Positions 1-15,423 of a stretch of DNA of 64,000 nt are shown piece by piece. The notes under the pieces were generated by a model that was not told the DNA's origin, ran no database searches, and saw only the letters and a list, made by a program, of their open reading frames with translations. Source of the DNA: Lingula anatina (lineage: Eukaryota > Animalia > Brachiopoda); the NCBI GenBank assembly GCA_051362555.1, contig CM120648.1, forward strand, positions 1,155,721 through 1,219,720, given 5' to 3'. The translations under genes were made by a program, and so were the position numbers. Numbering within the stretch: the first letter of the stretch is position 1; each line of letters begins with the position of its first letter.

Positions 1-1378
1 TAATGGCAACTGAAAAGAATAATTTTCCACTATCAAATTAAGTTTGTTTCTGAGTGTTTTCCACATCCTTTCCACCCACACAATATGTATGTGGCGAGTA
101 ACTAACATGTATTCTTGGGCATTTTGAGAAAATCCAAGATGGCCACCATATGTCATAGGAATACTTCTAGTATTACAAAGGGTTGGAACTAATGCCAGTT
201 AGGAAAAACATAATTCATTATCAAGTTCAGTTTATTTTTTCAGTGTTTTACACATTATTATTACACTGTGATACATATCTAGCAGGTAATAAATGTGCAT
301 ATTTGATCATTCTGAGAAAATCCAAGATGGCTGTCATTGGCCATAGGAATACTACTGGAATTACAACTGCACATCCATGGCTTTTCATCTAATACCAGGG
401 TGAAATTGTGTTTGCTTATCAAGTTTTGCCCATCCTTATTAGTCCTATGATATATATCTGGTGGGTAAATAGTGTGCATCCTTGGATATTTTGAGAAAAT
501 CCAAGATAGCTTCAATTTGACATAGGAATACTAATGGGTGGGTTTCAATTGCTGCTAGAGAGGCATATGGTTCACTATACAATTACATTCCCATGGGTTC
601 GTTTTAAAAATAATATTTTTTTATTCCATTTATTATTACCCCTATGATGTATACCTGGTCTGTAGCATGTGTGTATCTTTGGGTATTCTGAAAAAAAATA
701 AAGATGTCTGCCTTTTGTCATTAGAATATTTGTACACATAATCAAATAATGCCAGAGACACACTGAGTACAATTTAAATGTAGTTAACTTTAGATCTTTT
801 TTGAATGTTTTTTCATATCCTATTTATCCTTATGAAAGACTCTGTGTGTGTAGAAAGTGTATGTATCCTTGAGTACTATTCGGAGAAAACCCAAGATAGC
901 TGCCAGTTGTCATGTAATATCATTCAAATGCACATAGGTGTCAATTAATGGAACAGTTCAGACATTGATTCCAACATGAAATAAAGCAATTTAAACATGT
1001 TGACATCCTTATTAACCTTACTCTATATAAATCTGGTGTGTAGCAAGCGTGCATCTTGCGTTTTTGAGAAAATTCAAGATTACTGCAATTCACAATAGGA
1101 TTAGTAGGCCTACAGTCAACTACTTTGGGTTCAATATAAAATGAATTTTGTTTCTCGGTATTTCCCACATTCTTTTTGGACTTTGAGATATCTATCTGGT
1201 GGGTAACAAGTGTGTACCCTTAAGTATTTTGACAAAATATCATGATTACCCTCATTTGCCTTAGAAGTGCCTGTAAAATCCAATGCACCAGTTTTCCTAC
1301 GGGGAAAAGAAGGCCTTCTTGGATTTCCCCAAAATGATCAAATATGGACATTAATTACCTAACAAATACGTATCATGG

Positions 1379-1435
<57 letters not shown>

Positions 1436-2209
1436 CAGAATAACAACTGAATTCAGCTTCATTTTATATGGAAGCCTATCTCTCGCAGGTATTAACTGAA
1501 CCCCACCTTCTATGGCTAGTGGCAGCCATTTTGTTTTGTTTTGTTTTGTTTTCAAAAAGGATACACATAACATTCTGATCACATATATTATGTGGATTAA
1601 AAAGACGGGGAAAATACTCAGAAACAAACCTAATTTATCAATTGATATTATATCTCCATGGCAGAAGAAGCCCTATGTGTACTAGTATACTAGTATTCCT
1701 TTGATATGGCGGCCATCTTGGATTTTTCTCGAAATGCCTGAGAATAAACGTTAGTTACTTACCACAAATATATTATTTGTGTAATAAGGCACTCAGAAAC
1801 AAAATTAATTAGATAGTGGGCAATGTATCTTCCTATAGTTGGCATTAGTTGAAAACCCTTGTACATGTTCTAGTATTCCTATGCCATACGGCGGCCATCT
1901 TGGATTTTTCAAAAAGACCAAGGGCACTCGTTTGTTATCTGACATATATGCATAATATGGGTAATAAGGATGTGGAAAACATTGAGAAAATACTTTATTT
2001 GATAAAAATCAACATAGGTATGTATATATTTCTACAGAATTTCACAAATTGGCGGCCATTTTGGATTTTTTGGCCAAACGGTAACTTTTTTCCGTGGGCT
2101 ACGGCTCTAATTTGATTTAGTATGTCAAAAGGTACCCACATGCAAAATTTGGTGCTTTTATCCGCCGTGTCACGATTTGGCCATTTTTTTACCCTAAGCC
2201 ACCGGACTA
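1..2209. mobile_element. Right-hand part of a non-autonomous DNA transposon (Academ-like) with ~180-bp internal repeats in opposite orientations
   Basis: A degenerate ~175-195 bp unit marked by GAGAAAATCCAAGATGGC recurs at ~125, 314, 493, 690, 883, 1066 and 1230. Its reverse complement (GGCGGCCATCTTGGATTTTT) recurs at ~1708, 1890 and 2051. Homology ends at ...CTAAGCCACCGGACTA (2209). TAG...CTA termini are recalled as Academ-type; the left end is outside the window. Confidence 0.5.
1381..1433. repeat. (AAT)n microsatellite
   Basis: Direct read of a perfect TAA repeat. Confidence 0.95.
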
Positions 2210-2423
2210 TTTCCCAAACTTATAAGATGAACTTTTAAAAATAGGATTTTGCATTTGGCGCAGGCTGTTCAGTTTCTGCTGAATAAATTGTACCGTAAGG
2301 GGGCGCTATTTAAACCTCTGACTTTAATCAAATCTTGATCAGGTAGTCGTCGATAAATTTGATTGTGTCAGGTGTGACAATTAAAAAATATTGTCAGCTA
2401 TCGCACTTGGAAAATAAACAAAA

Positions 2424-2429
2424 CACACA

Positions 2430-2461
<32 letters not shown>

Positions 2462-2627
2462 GATCTACTCACCCACCAAAAGTTATAAAACGTGTGTTTT
2501 GCAAACAAGGTTCTGTGAATAATTTCCTCAAATAATAGAAATATAGGCCTAAGCTAAACTCAGCGGTTCTTGAAATACTGGAGTGGGTGTGTGGAAGCTA
2601 GGACGATGCCAAGGCGTCCAACATGTG

Positions 2628-2680
<53 letters not shown>
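2424..2680. repeat. (CA)n at 2424-2460 and (GA)n at 2631-2680 microsatellites
   Basis: Direct read. Confidence 0.9.
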
Positions 2681-2684
<4 letters not shown>

Positions 2685-3439
2685 CCGACACACATGATTA
2701 AACGAGCACAAAGTTTGTTCAATTACACCGAGAGAGGAAGTTAACGGATATGGAGGGGGGGAGGTCATTTTGGAAAAAGGGATATTCATGATACCTAATG
2801 GTAATTGTACGTCCATCCATCCTGGTTAACTCCAGATGATACATTTCATTAATTTTGACACTTAAAAATACCCTGAGCTTCATACGTGCCGAAATTTTCA
2901 ATTAAAAATTGATGGTCGGTTAACCACTTACATGAAGCTGATAGTGATGGTTAGCATACCCTTTATAGGGCTACATGTAGGCCTACATGAAAATGTATAG
3001 GGCTATGCGCATCAATTCCAAAGCTCAGGGAACTATTAAATGATATTTATCTCAAATTTCTTTCACCCAAACCCCAGCCTGAAACGAAATGCTTCATGAT
3101 CGTAAGTAAACTGGTGTGCCAAGAATAAAATGAAAGACTTTGTTGCAGTTACGAGTAGGCCTATATGCTGAAAGAAAAATGTATAAGGAATGTGTAAAAA
3201 AGCTAACAATTTCAAGCCTGCATATGAAAAGAATTTCATTTTTCTTCAGATATTTTAATGTCTATTGAAGTCATACTACTAAGTGAAATACAGCCTTGTC
3301 TAAGTAAAAAAAACTGTGAAACATTGAATTATTTTTAAGGCTTTATTGGATACGTTTAAACTCCCCAGACAACCCCGTGTCTCTTGCCGTACAAAATTTC
3401 CACTGATTCCACCCACACAAACCGCAGTCTTTATTTTCG

Positions 3440-3786
3440 ACGCACGCAGCCAGTGACGTCAGATAAAAACATTAACAGCTACACCTGCGCCTTGTAATGG
3501 GGAGAGCTCACTCGTTGACACAGTAGCCGGTGTTTTCAATCTTCAACAGCGGCGGATCGCTTCTATCTACACACCAGAAATATCAATCACACAAAGAATA
3601 CACAGGATGTATTCGATAAAGACGATGAAGTTCAAAATTCGGACAAATACTCGGTGACCTAATTCGGTATCCAGCTTGGGAAGCACGCCTTCGTATATTA
3701 CAGCACAGGCCTGCTGTATAGAATATACCGGGGGTCTTTGTAAACAACCAAGGTGAGTGAATTTTATCACGTTTGTAGACACAAAG
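3440..3786 (+). promoter_or_regulatory. Putative promoter and non-coding first exon of the TM-OTU gene
   Basis: CpG-rich patch, palindromic CRE TGACGTCA at 3454-3461, and strong donors AAG|GTGAGT (3754) and AAG|GTAAGA (3787). The first coding exon at 16084 starts directly after an acceptor (tttttcag|ATG), so an upstream UTR exon is needed. The link to this site is inference. Confidence 0.35.
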
Positions 3787-6700
3787 GTAAGAAATCTGAT
3801 GTAAACGGTGGCGGTGGTTATAACTGGGCCGAAAGTGATTATAATCTTGTAAAAATGAAGGGTGAGTGACTTCGGTGACTAGGCCTACTAATTGGGTGTG
3901 GTCACTGGGATTGACAACCGTTAGGTGCTGTCACGTTGCCTTCTGCGCTCTTATCTACATGTGAACTTCACTGATTAGTATCCCGTGGTCCATTGTCAAA
4001 CCTCACTCCCTCATATTTATATATGAAATTAAGACGATTAAGATTTGTACTCGCACCATCGAATTGTGTTCGCTTTGGCTATTCAATATAATATAGAGAT
4101 TTTATGTGTAAGCGGTAGCTGTAGGGTCGAATACACATGGCAGCGACACTGTATCCCCTTCCGCTACAGGACTGACCCCCCAAAAAAGGACCAAAATAAA
4201 GCACCTGCTATTGATGGGGTGGGTGGGGGGGGGGTTCTGTTGAGAATCAACAGGTCGATGTTTACACGTGCGCGCACACACACGCACATGCACTCCAACA
4301 GCTCGAGCCGTAGGTCCTGTAGCTGCATCAGTGAACTATTTCACCGTGGTCGACCCACAAATATGAAGGCTACAATTTACTAAAAAAAAAAAAGGATGCA
4401 TTATTCAGATGATGTTGGTTTACTATCTAGGACCTATAGGATACGTGCATATCTACAGGTCATCCTTTTGTGGCTTTTGTCGAATACACGTAGCATAGGC
4501 TCTTCTAGTTTGTATTGAGGATAAAGGACAGAGTGAAGGATATAGGTTAAGTGTTCTCGTGCTATTTGGGTCACTTAATTGTAGATGTGAAGAGGGATTA
4601 ATAGTAAATGTTGGGTGGATTTTGAATCCGCTTCTTGTTGTTCGTCATAGAATTATTCTAAATTTTTGAAATTATATTTTCCTTGTGTTGTTATTATTAC
4701 TGTATTTTCATACAGGATGTATCGTGGTCTCTAGATAAGAAGATAAAACAGTTTATTTTTGACTTAGAAATTATGTTTTATTAATGTTCCAAGTCAAGAA
4801 TAACTCTGTAATAATAATAATAATAACAATAATAATGATAATAACAATACGACCTTACACATAACTACTATTATTATCATTATTATTATCGCATTCCTTT
4901 CATTGTGTTTTTTATAAAAGCATATTTCGCCTTGAATCTCAAAGCTCCAGTGGCGTGGGATCATTTCACCTGTAATGCAAAACTACAGACGCCGTACGCG
5001 CCAGATGAGCCCTGTGCTGGGTATATATGAATACGTGTGTCCTTGCCTCCTCACAGACGCTATTATAAGCAGCAGTGAATATCTCAATGCAGTGCACGTA
5101 GTCTTCTCTCATGTTCTTGCATATTTTCTTCTGGCTGATTCTTCGCAGGTTTGGCTAGCGGGTTCTGGTGCAGAATCTGCAAGCAAGAGAGGGTGTCGAA
5201 AAGCTGCTGGAAGGCTTTCTTTCTTCAGCGTTTGGCTACTAGTTCCTGCCTCTTTTGTCCTGCTAATCATTATATGAAGACGTTAAATGGGGGTTGTTTG
5301 CATGAGAAAAAACTGCTCCAATTGGACGTTGAAATATCCCATTCAGTAAACATATACGTATAAATATGGCTTGTAATTTATAAATGTAAGCATGAGTAAT
5401 TTTATTTGTCAAGAAACCGAGTCACCGGCGCTGCTGCTTCTAACAGGTAAACAATATTTACATATTCAGGTAAGTTATCCCTGCACTGCACGCTGATCAG
5501 TATATAAGCCGACATTCAAATAAGGCGTGGCTATGGCAAACAGATAACATATGAAGGGTGATGTGATTGTCTTCTATCAGTCAACACTTAGGAATTTTAT
5601 CAGGTCTTTGTACTTAAATATAGTGCGCTTTTTTGTGACAAGATGACAAGTAAATCAAAATGTCTATGTTATCAGGCCAAATCTTACTTTATCCCGGTCG
5701 ACTCTTATGGATTACTGAGCTGAAGAAGAACAAATTTAAGATTAAAAGTTGAGGGTGATTTTAGGACTAAAGCATGTTTTGTGAAACCGGCAACTGGCTA
5801 GCTGCTTTAGTCACATTTTTCTATATTTTTCTGGATGTAAAAGAGTGGACTGCTGTTCGAATGGGTCGAGGCTACTAAATTACTGTGAAATGGCTCTGGG
5901 TGTTTGTTGACGTCATATTGATCAGGAAACCTATGTTGTTTCAGTATTGTGTCGGAACCGCATCCTTCATCATATGAGAGTTTGTGCTGTCACCCGTGTA
6001 CGTGAAATTACCATCTCGGACAACCGAGCTGAGTGATCTACTTCACCCTGAGAGTCGCTGGACTGATAGAGTCACAGTATCTGTATATTTTTCGACCAAT
6101 GCTCTTAGAAACTCAGGGTGTCGAATTACACCAGAGGAATTTTTTTATTTTGTTTTGCTGTTTGATGCCGGGAGCATGCGCTTGGAGAGACGATTGCATG
6201 ATATTGCTTGAATCCCATCAAGAGTAGTGCTTTATTTTACCCTGGGTTTCATGCAGCTAACGGTGCCTCTGCAATTCCTCTTCAAAACGCGGTCAGGTAT
6301 CGAAATTCGAAACTGTTAAACTAGTGACGGAGAGCACCCTGAATTTCTAAGGGATGATGGTATCCCCCCCACCCCACTCTGTCGTTAAGCAACTGTACGC
6401 TGTCATGTTATGGTTTCTTATTCTCAGGGATCGAAGGGAGATTTTCAGCGTCAAGTTTTTAGAATTTGAGACAATTACCGGGGATTGCTTGGTGTGATTC
6501 ACCCACCACTTATAGGGAATTCGCTTTGAACAACTGCTTTGTAATATTGGAGATGCGTATTTTTTATTTACAGAGAAAGTTGGCGAACTGATACATGTAT
6601 TATTATTGTTAGGGAGAAAACGCCCTCGGCGCTATACTTATGAATGTAGAGATGTTATTGGTTTCTCCTCTTGGGAAGAAACATTGGAGATTATTTTTTT

Positions 6701-8955
6701 GCAAGTACTTCAACACCTTGAAACACCTTGAGACTTTTTCATGACTGATAAATGCCTTTAGCCTCGGTCACCACAAGCATAAAGGATTAGCGTTTACCGC
6801 TTGGACTCCGAAATGCGCATCTTGTGATCAAACATTTTCCAGTAAAACCCAAGAGGGAGAAAACTAAGCAGTGATCGTGGATACAAAGAAGATCCATTGC
6901 GCTTCATACATAGACATCCTTGGAGAATTGATTTGTATTTTGTTTCTGCTGAACCTGGTGCGGTTTGGGTTGATATCCAGTGGATGTTAGCACGTGAGCA
7001 CGTGTCATAGACCCCCGAGTGTCTTTCCATGCGCTGCTTAGCTCGTCATTTTCGCGAGTCATTATTGGGTTATTATTGTTTTCAGAGAACACAAAAAACC
7101 TGACGTTAGTCATATAATTCTCTGGTTTGTGGCTGTGATTTTTTGTGGATGCCACGTACACGGATATCTCTTGAGCTTTCGCCGATTAGGCCTATTATTA
7201 TTTTGTACATCGACATCAGTTGATAATTGCAAAAATAAACGAAATGCTAACTTGCAGTAAAGCTAACTACGCGTACGTTTAAGTTAAACATCTACGCACA
7301 TTTAACAAAAGTAAAAATGAACAAAGTTACAGGATTACAATATCATTACCATCTGTAAAAACGGTCAGTTGGTTTTCATTATCTTTTACAATGACAACTG
7401 TTCTCTGGTCTTTCATTGATGACGACAAGGAAAAGTCTTTGGGTCCTATTTTGCTTCTCTGAGAAAAGCGTTTTGTTTACGTACTCGAGATTGACACAAA
7501 GCTTGAAAATTTCGAAAAGGAATTTCAGCAACATTTGCATGTGATTATGCCCCTAAGAGAAAGAGTCGAAACATCCGGGTTCATAGGTCAAAAACATGTT
7601 TAGTCTCTCAAAACTATTTACTTTTTTTATCAAGACAGATGTTTTTGTGTTCCTTCTTATCAGAAAAAAAAACTTTTGATTATCTTCCAGTTCAAGTTTC
7701 CATGCCCTACTCAAGTAATACAAATGACAGTTCATTTGAATGATAATATTGGTTCTTTTTTATCACTATACAAAAAGTTGGTATGGCTTCTGCTTTAGTC
7801 CTATAGTTACGACAGAAACACCTTGGATTGATGGAGACATTTTTCAGTGGTAAAGGTAAGACCAGGTTTGAGTTTTCTTGAGAGGCTAGGACCTGATAAA
7901 TTAACCTTTCTTGACTTTCCAGACTTCGAGCAAACCTTATTGTTTCATATTTCCTCGAAACACGCATCTCAGGGAAGCCTTGGTAAATATTCTCTTAAAT
8001 CCTTGACCGTACAGGTGGATGATCCACTTTGTTTTTCATCACAAACAATCTTGCCGAAACCGGGAAGATTGGCGCTTAGATAAATATGAGGAGTTTTATT
8101 ATCAGCGAAAAAAGAGCATTGGTTTTAGCTTTGTGGCACCGAAGATTATGTCACGTTCCAGTGTGGTATTTACCCATATATTATAAGGCAATTCTATAGA
8201 TAGTTTTTCATTTTTTTGTTGTTGAACACATAAATAAAACCATGTGCAAAAGATACACTTGAGGCCTAACATTCGTACAAAGTGAAGAAAAGAATTAAAG
8301 AAATAAACGAAATACATATCTGCATTTCATGCATCAAATTGGTCTGTTTATTAATCGCTTATTTTCACGTTGAAAACCATTTTAGAGGTTGTACTGACGA
8401 TGACAAGTGTTCCATTTAGCTTTTCTAAAAAAAAACTTATTGCAAATATACTCTACGTCGACAAAAGGCGTGAAAAATTCGAAAAGATTGTCGGCTACAT
8501 GAGCATTTCCCCTCCCCCAGCAAATCTTTATAGACGCTAGCATGTAGGCACGACAATGTGTAATGTGTCGAAGCCATGGAGACGGTAACCTATCTCAATG
8601 TCGCATGTTTTCCCGTGCGACACAGTGACCCGTGACACGGCATTGTTATATCCATGTCAACAAGCACCTGTCTTGGTCCCTGTCGCAGTGTTAGTGATTC
8701 CGGTGTGTCCCTGTCGTACGTGTTGTAGCATTCATTACCTCTCAAACATCCTTTCAATTGGACGGCGTCCTCTTTGCGTCCCGTAATACGACCCCGTTTG
8801 AGAATGAAAAAAAAAAACTTTACGTGCTGATAACTGGCCGATCATTGAACATTCATTCTGCAACCCTTGGACATAATAACGTTATTATGCCCAAGTGCAA
8901 CCGAACCAATGCTTGTGCCTCCTTTCTTGTCTGTCTGTACATGCATTAATGCATA

Positions 8956-8986
<31 letters not shown>

Positions 8987-9951
8987 GAAATGTTTAGAGA
9001 TGACAGAAGGAAGGGTAAGACAATAACCCTAGTATTACCACGTTCATTAATTCAGTCATTTAAAGTCATTTAATTCACACAGGTGTATATTTCTCCAGCT
9101 AGACAACATAGACGGTGACCAATGAATAGATGTCATCATTAGTGTCTCCTGTTCCGTGTGTTGCTTGTGACTCGAATATTAATTCGTGGCGTGGAGATGC
9201 ATCCTATGTCGTGTTAGCCACTATTATATGAAATAGCCCAAAGGCGGGTTTCCATGTGCGCGGCCTTGGTCCAATCGCGATCCTGGAGCGCGCCTCAGTT
9301 TTGACCTCGTTGTAGTTTATCGACTGTTAAAAGACTTGCTCTGTTGCCCATGGCTTGAAGGTCTAAATTGCAAGCTGAAAGCGGCGCTATATTATGTGAA
9401 AATCCAGGTAATGGACAAATCATACGTGTTCTATATCGAGATTTTGTGCCAGTGTTTTTAAGACAGCATTCTATTTGAATTAGTTTAGGTACTTCACTGA
9501 TATTACAAAAAATAATAAGCAAACAAATAAATAAAATGATAAAAAAAGTAATATATAGATAAAAGAAATTGAAATAAATGAAATGAATTTTAAATTTGAT
9601 TTAATTAAATCACAATTTTAGTCAAATACTTAGGTAGTAGCCGAGTGAAACTAACCAGTCTCTATCTCCGCGCTTTCCAACTCAACCACGAGACCGTCTA
9701 AAAATACTAGCTAGGGCCTAAAAACACTAGCTAGGGCCTAAACAAGAAGTCATTTATGTACCATACCAGCATTATTATGCTCAAATTGACAGAGTCAGTG
9801 GGTTTTTAATGCAAAAATCACTGTATTGAAAGGAAACCCAGCTGCCAATTTATAGAATAAAAGTACTTAGTGAAGAACGTTCTCTTGTGGAGCAATTAAG
9901 AGAGAGTTTACACGTGGCCAAATGATCAGCCTGATCGATCCTGGTACATGC

Positions 9952-10108
9952 CAGGGGCGGATCCCGAAATAGTCTTCCAAATTATCTTTGTTGATCCGTC
10001 CTCCATTTTTGACCGTCTTCCGACAGAAAAATAGATACCTGTCAATATAAAAACTTGAAAAACTAATCGTCTTTGGGAAGACCCAGAAGACGGCCTCAAT
10101 CCGCTCTC
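9952..10108. mobile_element. Short MITE (CAGGGGCGGATCC-type TIR), same family as 51352-51498
   Basis: Shares AGTCTTCCAAATTAT...GTCTTCCGACAGAAAAA...CCCAGAAGACGGCCTCAATC with 51352-51498. TSD is not preserved. Confidence 0.65.
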
Positions 10109-13100
10109 AGCTGTTGTCTTTTGGTGGTTAATTTGCAATAAAGATTGAAGCGTTTTAGACTTAATTAGTCAATAAACCTTTGTGTGATTTTTTAAGCAAT
10201 GACATTATGCGCAAAATCTCCCCACAAAGCTCAATGTAGCGGTCTTGGTCTATTACGGTAAAACACGCAATACTGATTCGGATAAAAATTATAGGAGTCG
10301 GACCTGACTCGGTTTTGGTTTTATGTGTGAACGTTTCTGCCGTCAATCAATACGAAACTACATTCCGATCGTGACCCGTACATATTATATTAGGACGCTG
10401 AGATCTTAACAAAGGTAATATTGGAATGCTACTCGTGAGTGCTGTGTCATTAATGAACAATCGAACTGTTTCTGTACTTAAGTCATTGCCGAGGAATAAT
10501 AGACCTGTTAAGGAATTCTTTTGTGATCGCTTTTAGTGCTTTTCGTTCAAAATTTTTGGCTAAATTTTAATTGTTCGATAATGCATGTTCTGCAAAATAA
10601 GATTACTGCCATTTGAGAAAAATGTCGAGCACTTCGAAGTAGTGAAGTTTGTGAGGCCACAGGGCTGCTCTGCGTTACGCGACTGCGCTGCGAACTGTCT
10701 TGTCAACCAGCGCTCTCTGTCCGCCACAGTAACTGTTTGCCTTGGACTAGTGCTTTTCAGAAAACGGTCTTAAAAACTGTCCTGATTGTGAGCGTTTCTC
10801 TCTCAAAAAAATATCCTTTTAACTGATTGCAGTCGGCGAAGAAGACTCTCCATAATTAAATTGCATATCGCGTGTCTGTTTGTGACTGTGTTATGAAAAG
10901 AAGACTGAAAGCTGAAGGAAGAGTTGGAGAATGTTAGGCTAGCCAGTGCATTAGGAGGCAGATGACGTGTGCATTTCCTTCTCGTCCTTTTATTTTGTCT
11001 TAATAGAGCTAGCTGTCAACTGATCAGATTAACAACGTAAAATGATGATGATAGCGATTATAGGAACAAGAACGGAGTAATGCCAAAGTAAAGAGAAAGA
11101 GAGCTTACTGAAGGAGTGCTATATCGCTTAAGGGAATTACACGGTAATCAGTGCTAGTTAAAAAAGGATGGATCGATTACGATCTCCTTCAAAAAATAAA
11201 AGAAGGAAAGTCCATGTACCGGGTAGAGACGTGCCATAACGCCAGCGGGTGAAGAAGAGTTGCGTTCCAGCTATTATTCCTTATTTTCCTTTGTTCTTGT
11301 TTTCTGTTGAAAAAGGCAACGACATCATAATTAAGATATTTTGCCACATACTTGTGGGGAATTCGGGTGTAGGCGAAGTGCTGTACTCAATAAAGCTACT
11401 TTTTCAGTAAACCAACTGAGAGACGTACGCGCACACAAACGCGAGCACCCACTCATACACAACAGAAATACTCGAAACGCCCCCTGCCTTTATTTTACAG
11501 GTGGGTGAATGAGATTTTATTATTTATAAAAAGCAGAAATGCTTCCAAGTCGTGCTTATGACCGATTGAATGCTTTTCTCAGTGGCTGCATTTTCACATA
11601 TAATACTTCGGTAGTGTATTATCGAAACATTGATAGCTATACTGATGCATTCTGCATTATCCTATAGACCACTGCGTATAAAACATTGCTAATGGCAACT
11701 AACGATATCATTTGACTTAACACGTCACATTAATGGATAATGGGCGAGGAAGATGGCCAGTGATAAATGACAATGATAACGACTCTGATGACCACGCGTC
11801 TACGGCCCCATTTGTTTCCTACAACGTGGAAGCATTACCTAGAAATATCGCAGTAATGTGTGGCTATGATCATAATGGTGATAATTTTTATGATTAAGCT
11901 AATGATAGTTGTTAATAATAATTATGTTAATGCTATTGATCATGTTGATAATGAAAACATTTCTGTTCTTTATTGGGGCCTACATCGATACCAATAATAG
12001 ACCATTATAAGTAGCATCTTGCATAATCCATCGAAAGAGTGCAAGATTTTTTTTTAGAAATATTGAGGATTATTTATTCTAATGTTTAGATTGTTGGTAT
12101 TTAAAGAAAAAGACGGTAATTTTTACAACCATTCTACTTGCCTATCAAGGGGGGTAATGCTAAAACTCGGTAGGATTACGGTGGGGATTGTCAGTGACAA
12201 ATAGTGTGTTTAAGCCCTGTCAGGATATTTAGTCAAGATCAAAGACCCAAGTCAAATATAAGTGATGTAGCGAGGTGGAGGCGGGCGGGGGGAGGGGGGG
12301 TAAATCGCGATGATACCAGTACTATTACATCGGATTTTGTCATCATCATCATCATCATCATTTAAAGCTAATGTTGTTTCCTCCATTAAACCCACGTTGT
12401 GTGTAACTGTAGACGCTAAGGGACGCGTTTAAGACCAAATTGGTTGTGTTTAACCAAGCGAATTGCGACTGCTACGGTATAAATAGTCTGACAGACTTGC
12501 GGTCAAGGGGTTAATGAAATGCAATAGATGGATTTTAGTGCGTTTTGTGATTTTTATAGTAATGTGAATCGCGCTATCGTTTTCATGCCAGACTAATACT
12601 GGTACTGATTATTCAATTTTCTACCCGTATAATTTTGCAAAATGCTATGGTGAATCATAAATGATCAAGATAGCCAGTTTTCATTTAGTTTTGCAGTCTT
12701 TTTTGCATGCTCTTAAGAATGATTGACGTCATGGTATTCTATTTACTGACGGAATTTATTAAAATTCTTTGCCCCCTGTCCGTGTAGCTTAAAATGCGCT
12801 AATAAATCATAATTGCCCGAGAGCAAGAGTTGCGTGTACCTAGAGCCTCCTTTGAAATATATATTAATCTGATCGTTAAATAATCTGATGCAAGCCAAGA
12901 TTAGTAGAATTCCATCCTACTGCGCATTTTCCTATCTTTTTCCCTCTTAACCCTGGACTGAGAACCAACTTGTAGGCAAGCCCCTCATGACCAAAAATGT
13001 ACTTGGACGTGTAGAAAACAAGGATCTACAAAGCAGCTGAAACGCTCAAGGTGCGGGTCTTCATTTTTCGCAAAATCTTGGCAGTGAAGCGCGTCAAGTG

Positions 13101-15392
13101 TGATTCATAATAACAATGTGCACTGAAAGTGAAGGAGAGTAATATTGACAACCTAGCAAGTGTGGTGATACAACTAATAAAAGCTGCCTAAATTAACAAG
13201 TGGATTTCTGCTTGTTTTCTTTTAAAGTCTGTCTATATTTACTGATACATAACAACACGGATTCACCATGTTTTGTGTATCACTTTTTTTGTTGCTTTTT
13301 AAGACGAAAATTTGGTACATAGAGTTTCACCCCTATGGCTGAAAATTACATCCTACTTCTCGCAAATTTTGGCATATTTTACAGTTTTTTATGACGTCAC
13401 ATAGTTTTGTTTGAGGCAATCTTGGTTGGTTTTCTATTTCTATCCATTTTCGTTTTGATTCCTATTCTCTTCAGGGCCGTTACATATAAGCGTTATCTAA
13501 AACGTGATGAAACATGATAAACAAGTCTTCAGATATTGGGTGTAATACCACTGGCGGCTCGAGCATAAATATTTTCCCATTGTCACATTGCAATTTTTTA
13601 AAGAATGACGTTAAGTAATATGAAATGCATCCACAATGTAATGCATTTCTGCACGACAGATAATTCAAAACAACCTGCATACAAAAAACTCACGCTTGAC
13701 TAAACCGTTGAAGAGAGCTTCATAAGTGCCTTGAAACATATAATTTCGTTAGAGAGACGGCTTAACTTAGACACCCTGTGAATGAGACCCCACGGGGAGC
13801 ACCCTTATATTTTTACACGAAAAAATGTCCCCAAGAGTGCCCGAGTTCCCATAAAATTAGTCCCTGAAGACGTAAACGCCCAAAAGACTCTGCAAAACAC
13901 GTCGATACTGCAATATCACAACATCCTTCTCGTTTTCAGTCTACTACTAAACAAAGCACAGCATGCCTGTCCCGACTGTCTGTGTGTTGGAATCAACAGC
14001 ATTCCAGTGCAGTATCTTAAAGATAAAGATATTTACTCTTTTGCCCTGTTTGCCACATTGATTGAAAAGATGAGAGATAATATGCTTTGAGTAAACTGTG
14101 CGCTATCATGGGCGAGGCCTGGGCCCGTTCTCACAAAATATCTTAAAAACCGAAATAAGGTCTGGACTTTAAAATCGAAAAAAAACGGTGGCTAGGTGAT
14201 GTATGTCACATATTGTTATTCCGATGTGAAGAAACTGAGGGCCATTGTGAGCCCGACCACCATTCGATTCATACAGGTTTGGGTTAGTGTGACGTAAATA
14301 AGTCAACATCCAGGACGGGGGACTACAAATTAATGCGAACATATCGTAGCATCACAAGGACTCTCTCTCACAAATCACTTTATTCCATAACGTTTTTTTG
14401 TGACATTTTCTTTTTAAATTTATAGAAAATATGAAAATATCACTTAGCAGTTTATTTAACTAAAAACTCTCTTGGTTTCGATGCGAGTCATTCGAAGGGA
14501 TGTTATCTTCCTAAGATTAAAATGGAACTCGTCACACCTGCACCGACAGTTGTTTTTCATCGAATTTTAAGCTTTCTGAGAAATCAAATCAAAGTCATGA
14601 AGGTGACAGTCCTCAACGGAAATTACAATCTAGCAGTGAGAGCCGTCTCATGTAACGACCGTGCACTACATCGCTCGGAAATTAATTATCATGTTTGTCA
14701 TGAAGCTGTTTTCACTGTATGTGTCATTGATATAATGATGATTGCGTTTGTCCAGAAAGCGTGTAACACATAATGAATTTAGCCCTAAAGATGATCAAAA
14801 ACCAATTTCGATGTCATCTTTCCTTGTTGATCCGTGGTATTAATATGTTGATTGGATTTTTATGGTGGTCATGAGCCCTTTTGATAATGGTTTGTGTTAT
14901 ACAATATTAAACAGGTTGTATACGATACAGGATGAATTGTTCCTTAAGGTGTTTTTAATCCTGTTTTTTTTCCATAAAAAATCTTCATGAAAATCAAATA
15001 AAGGTGACCATTTTCTATTTAAGTCTTGGTCAATCCCTGAAATACCCTCGCTGCATATACTTGAGTTTTGTGCAGATGTTTCTGTGTGTTCTTTTCTTTT
15101 CTTTTTATCTCACTGGCGCAGATATAAATTTTCCCTATTTCACCTTTTTCGATATTTACCAGAAGACTTATAAGAAATTGTATGCACTTCATTTAATTCG
15201 AAGGAAATTAACCCAACATCCTGCGCTGACGGGTTTCTTTGAAGCTGTTTTTTTGGTGAACATGTCCACGCTGAATTCAGCCCTATGTTAATTAACGTAT
15301 CAAAGCAGATCTTTTTTTTTTTTTTTTTTTTTTTTTTTGAAAACGACCCCCCTGTGAAATCACTTACAACTCAACATGAAGCTATTGGAAGG

Positions 15393-15423
<31 letters not shown>

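Noticed and set aside
13226-14168. Kolobok-like element between TTAA sites
   Set aside because: Only AGTC/GACT plus weak similarity at the ends; not enough to call.
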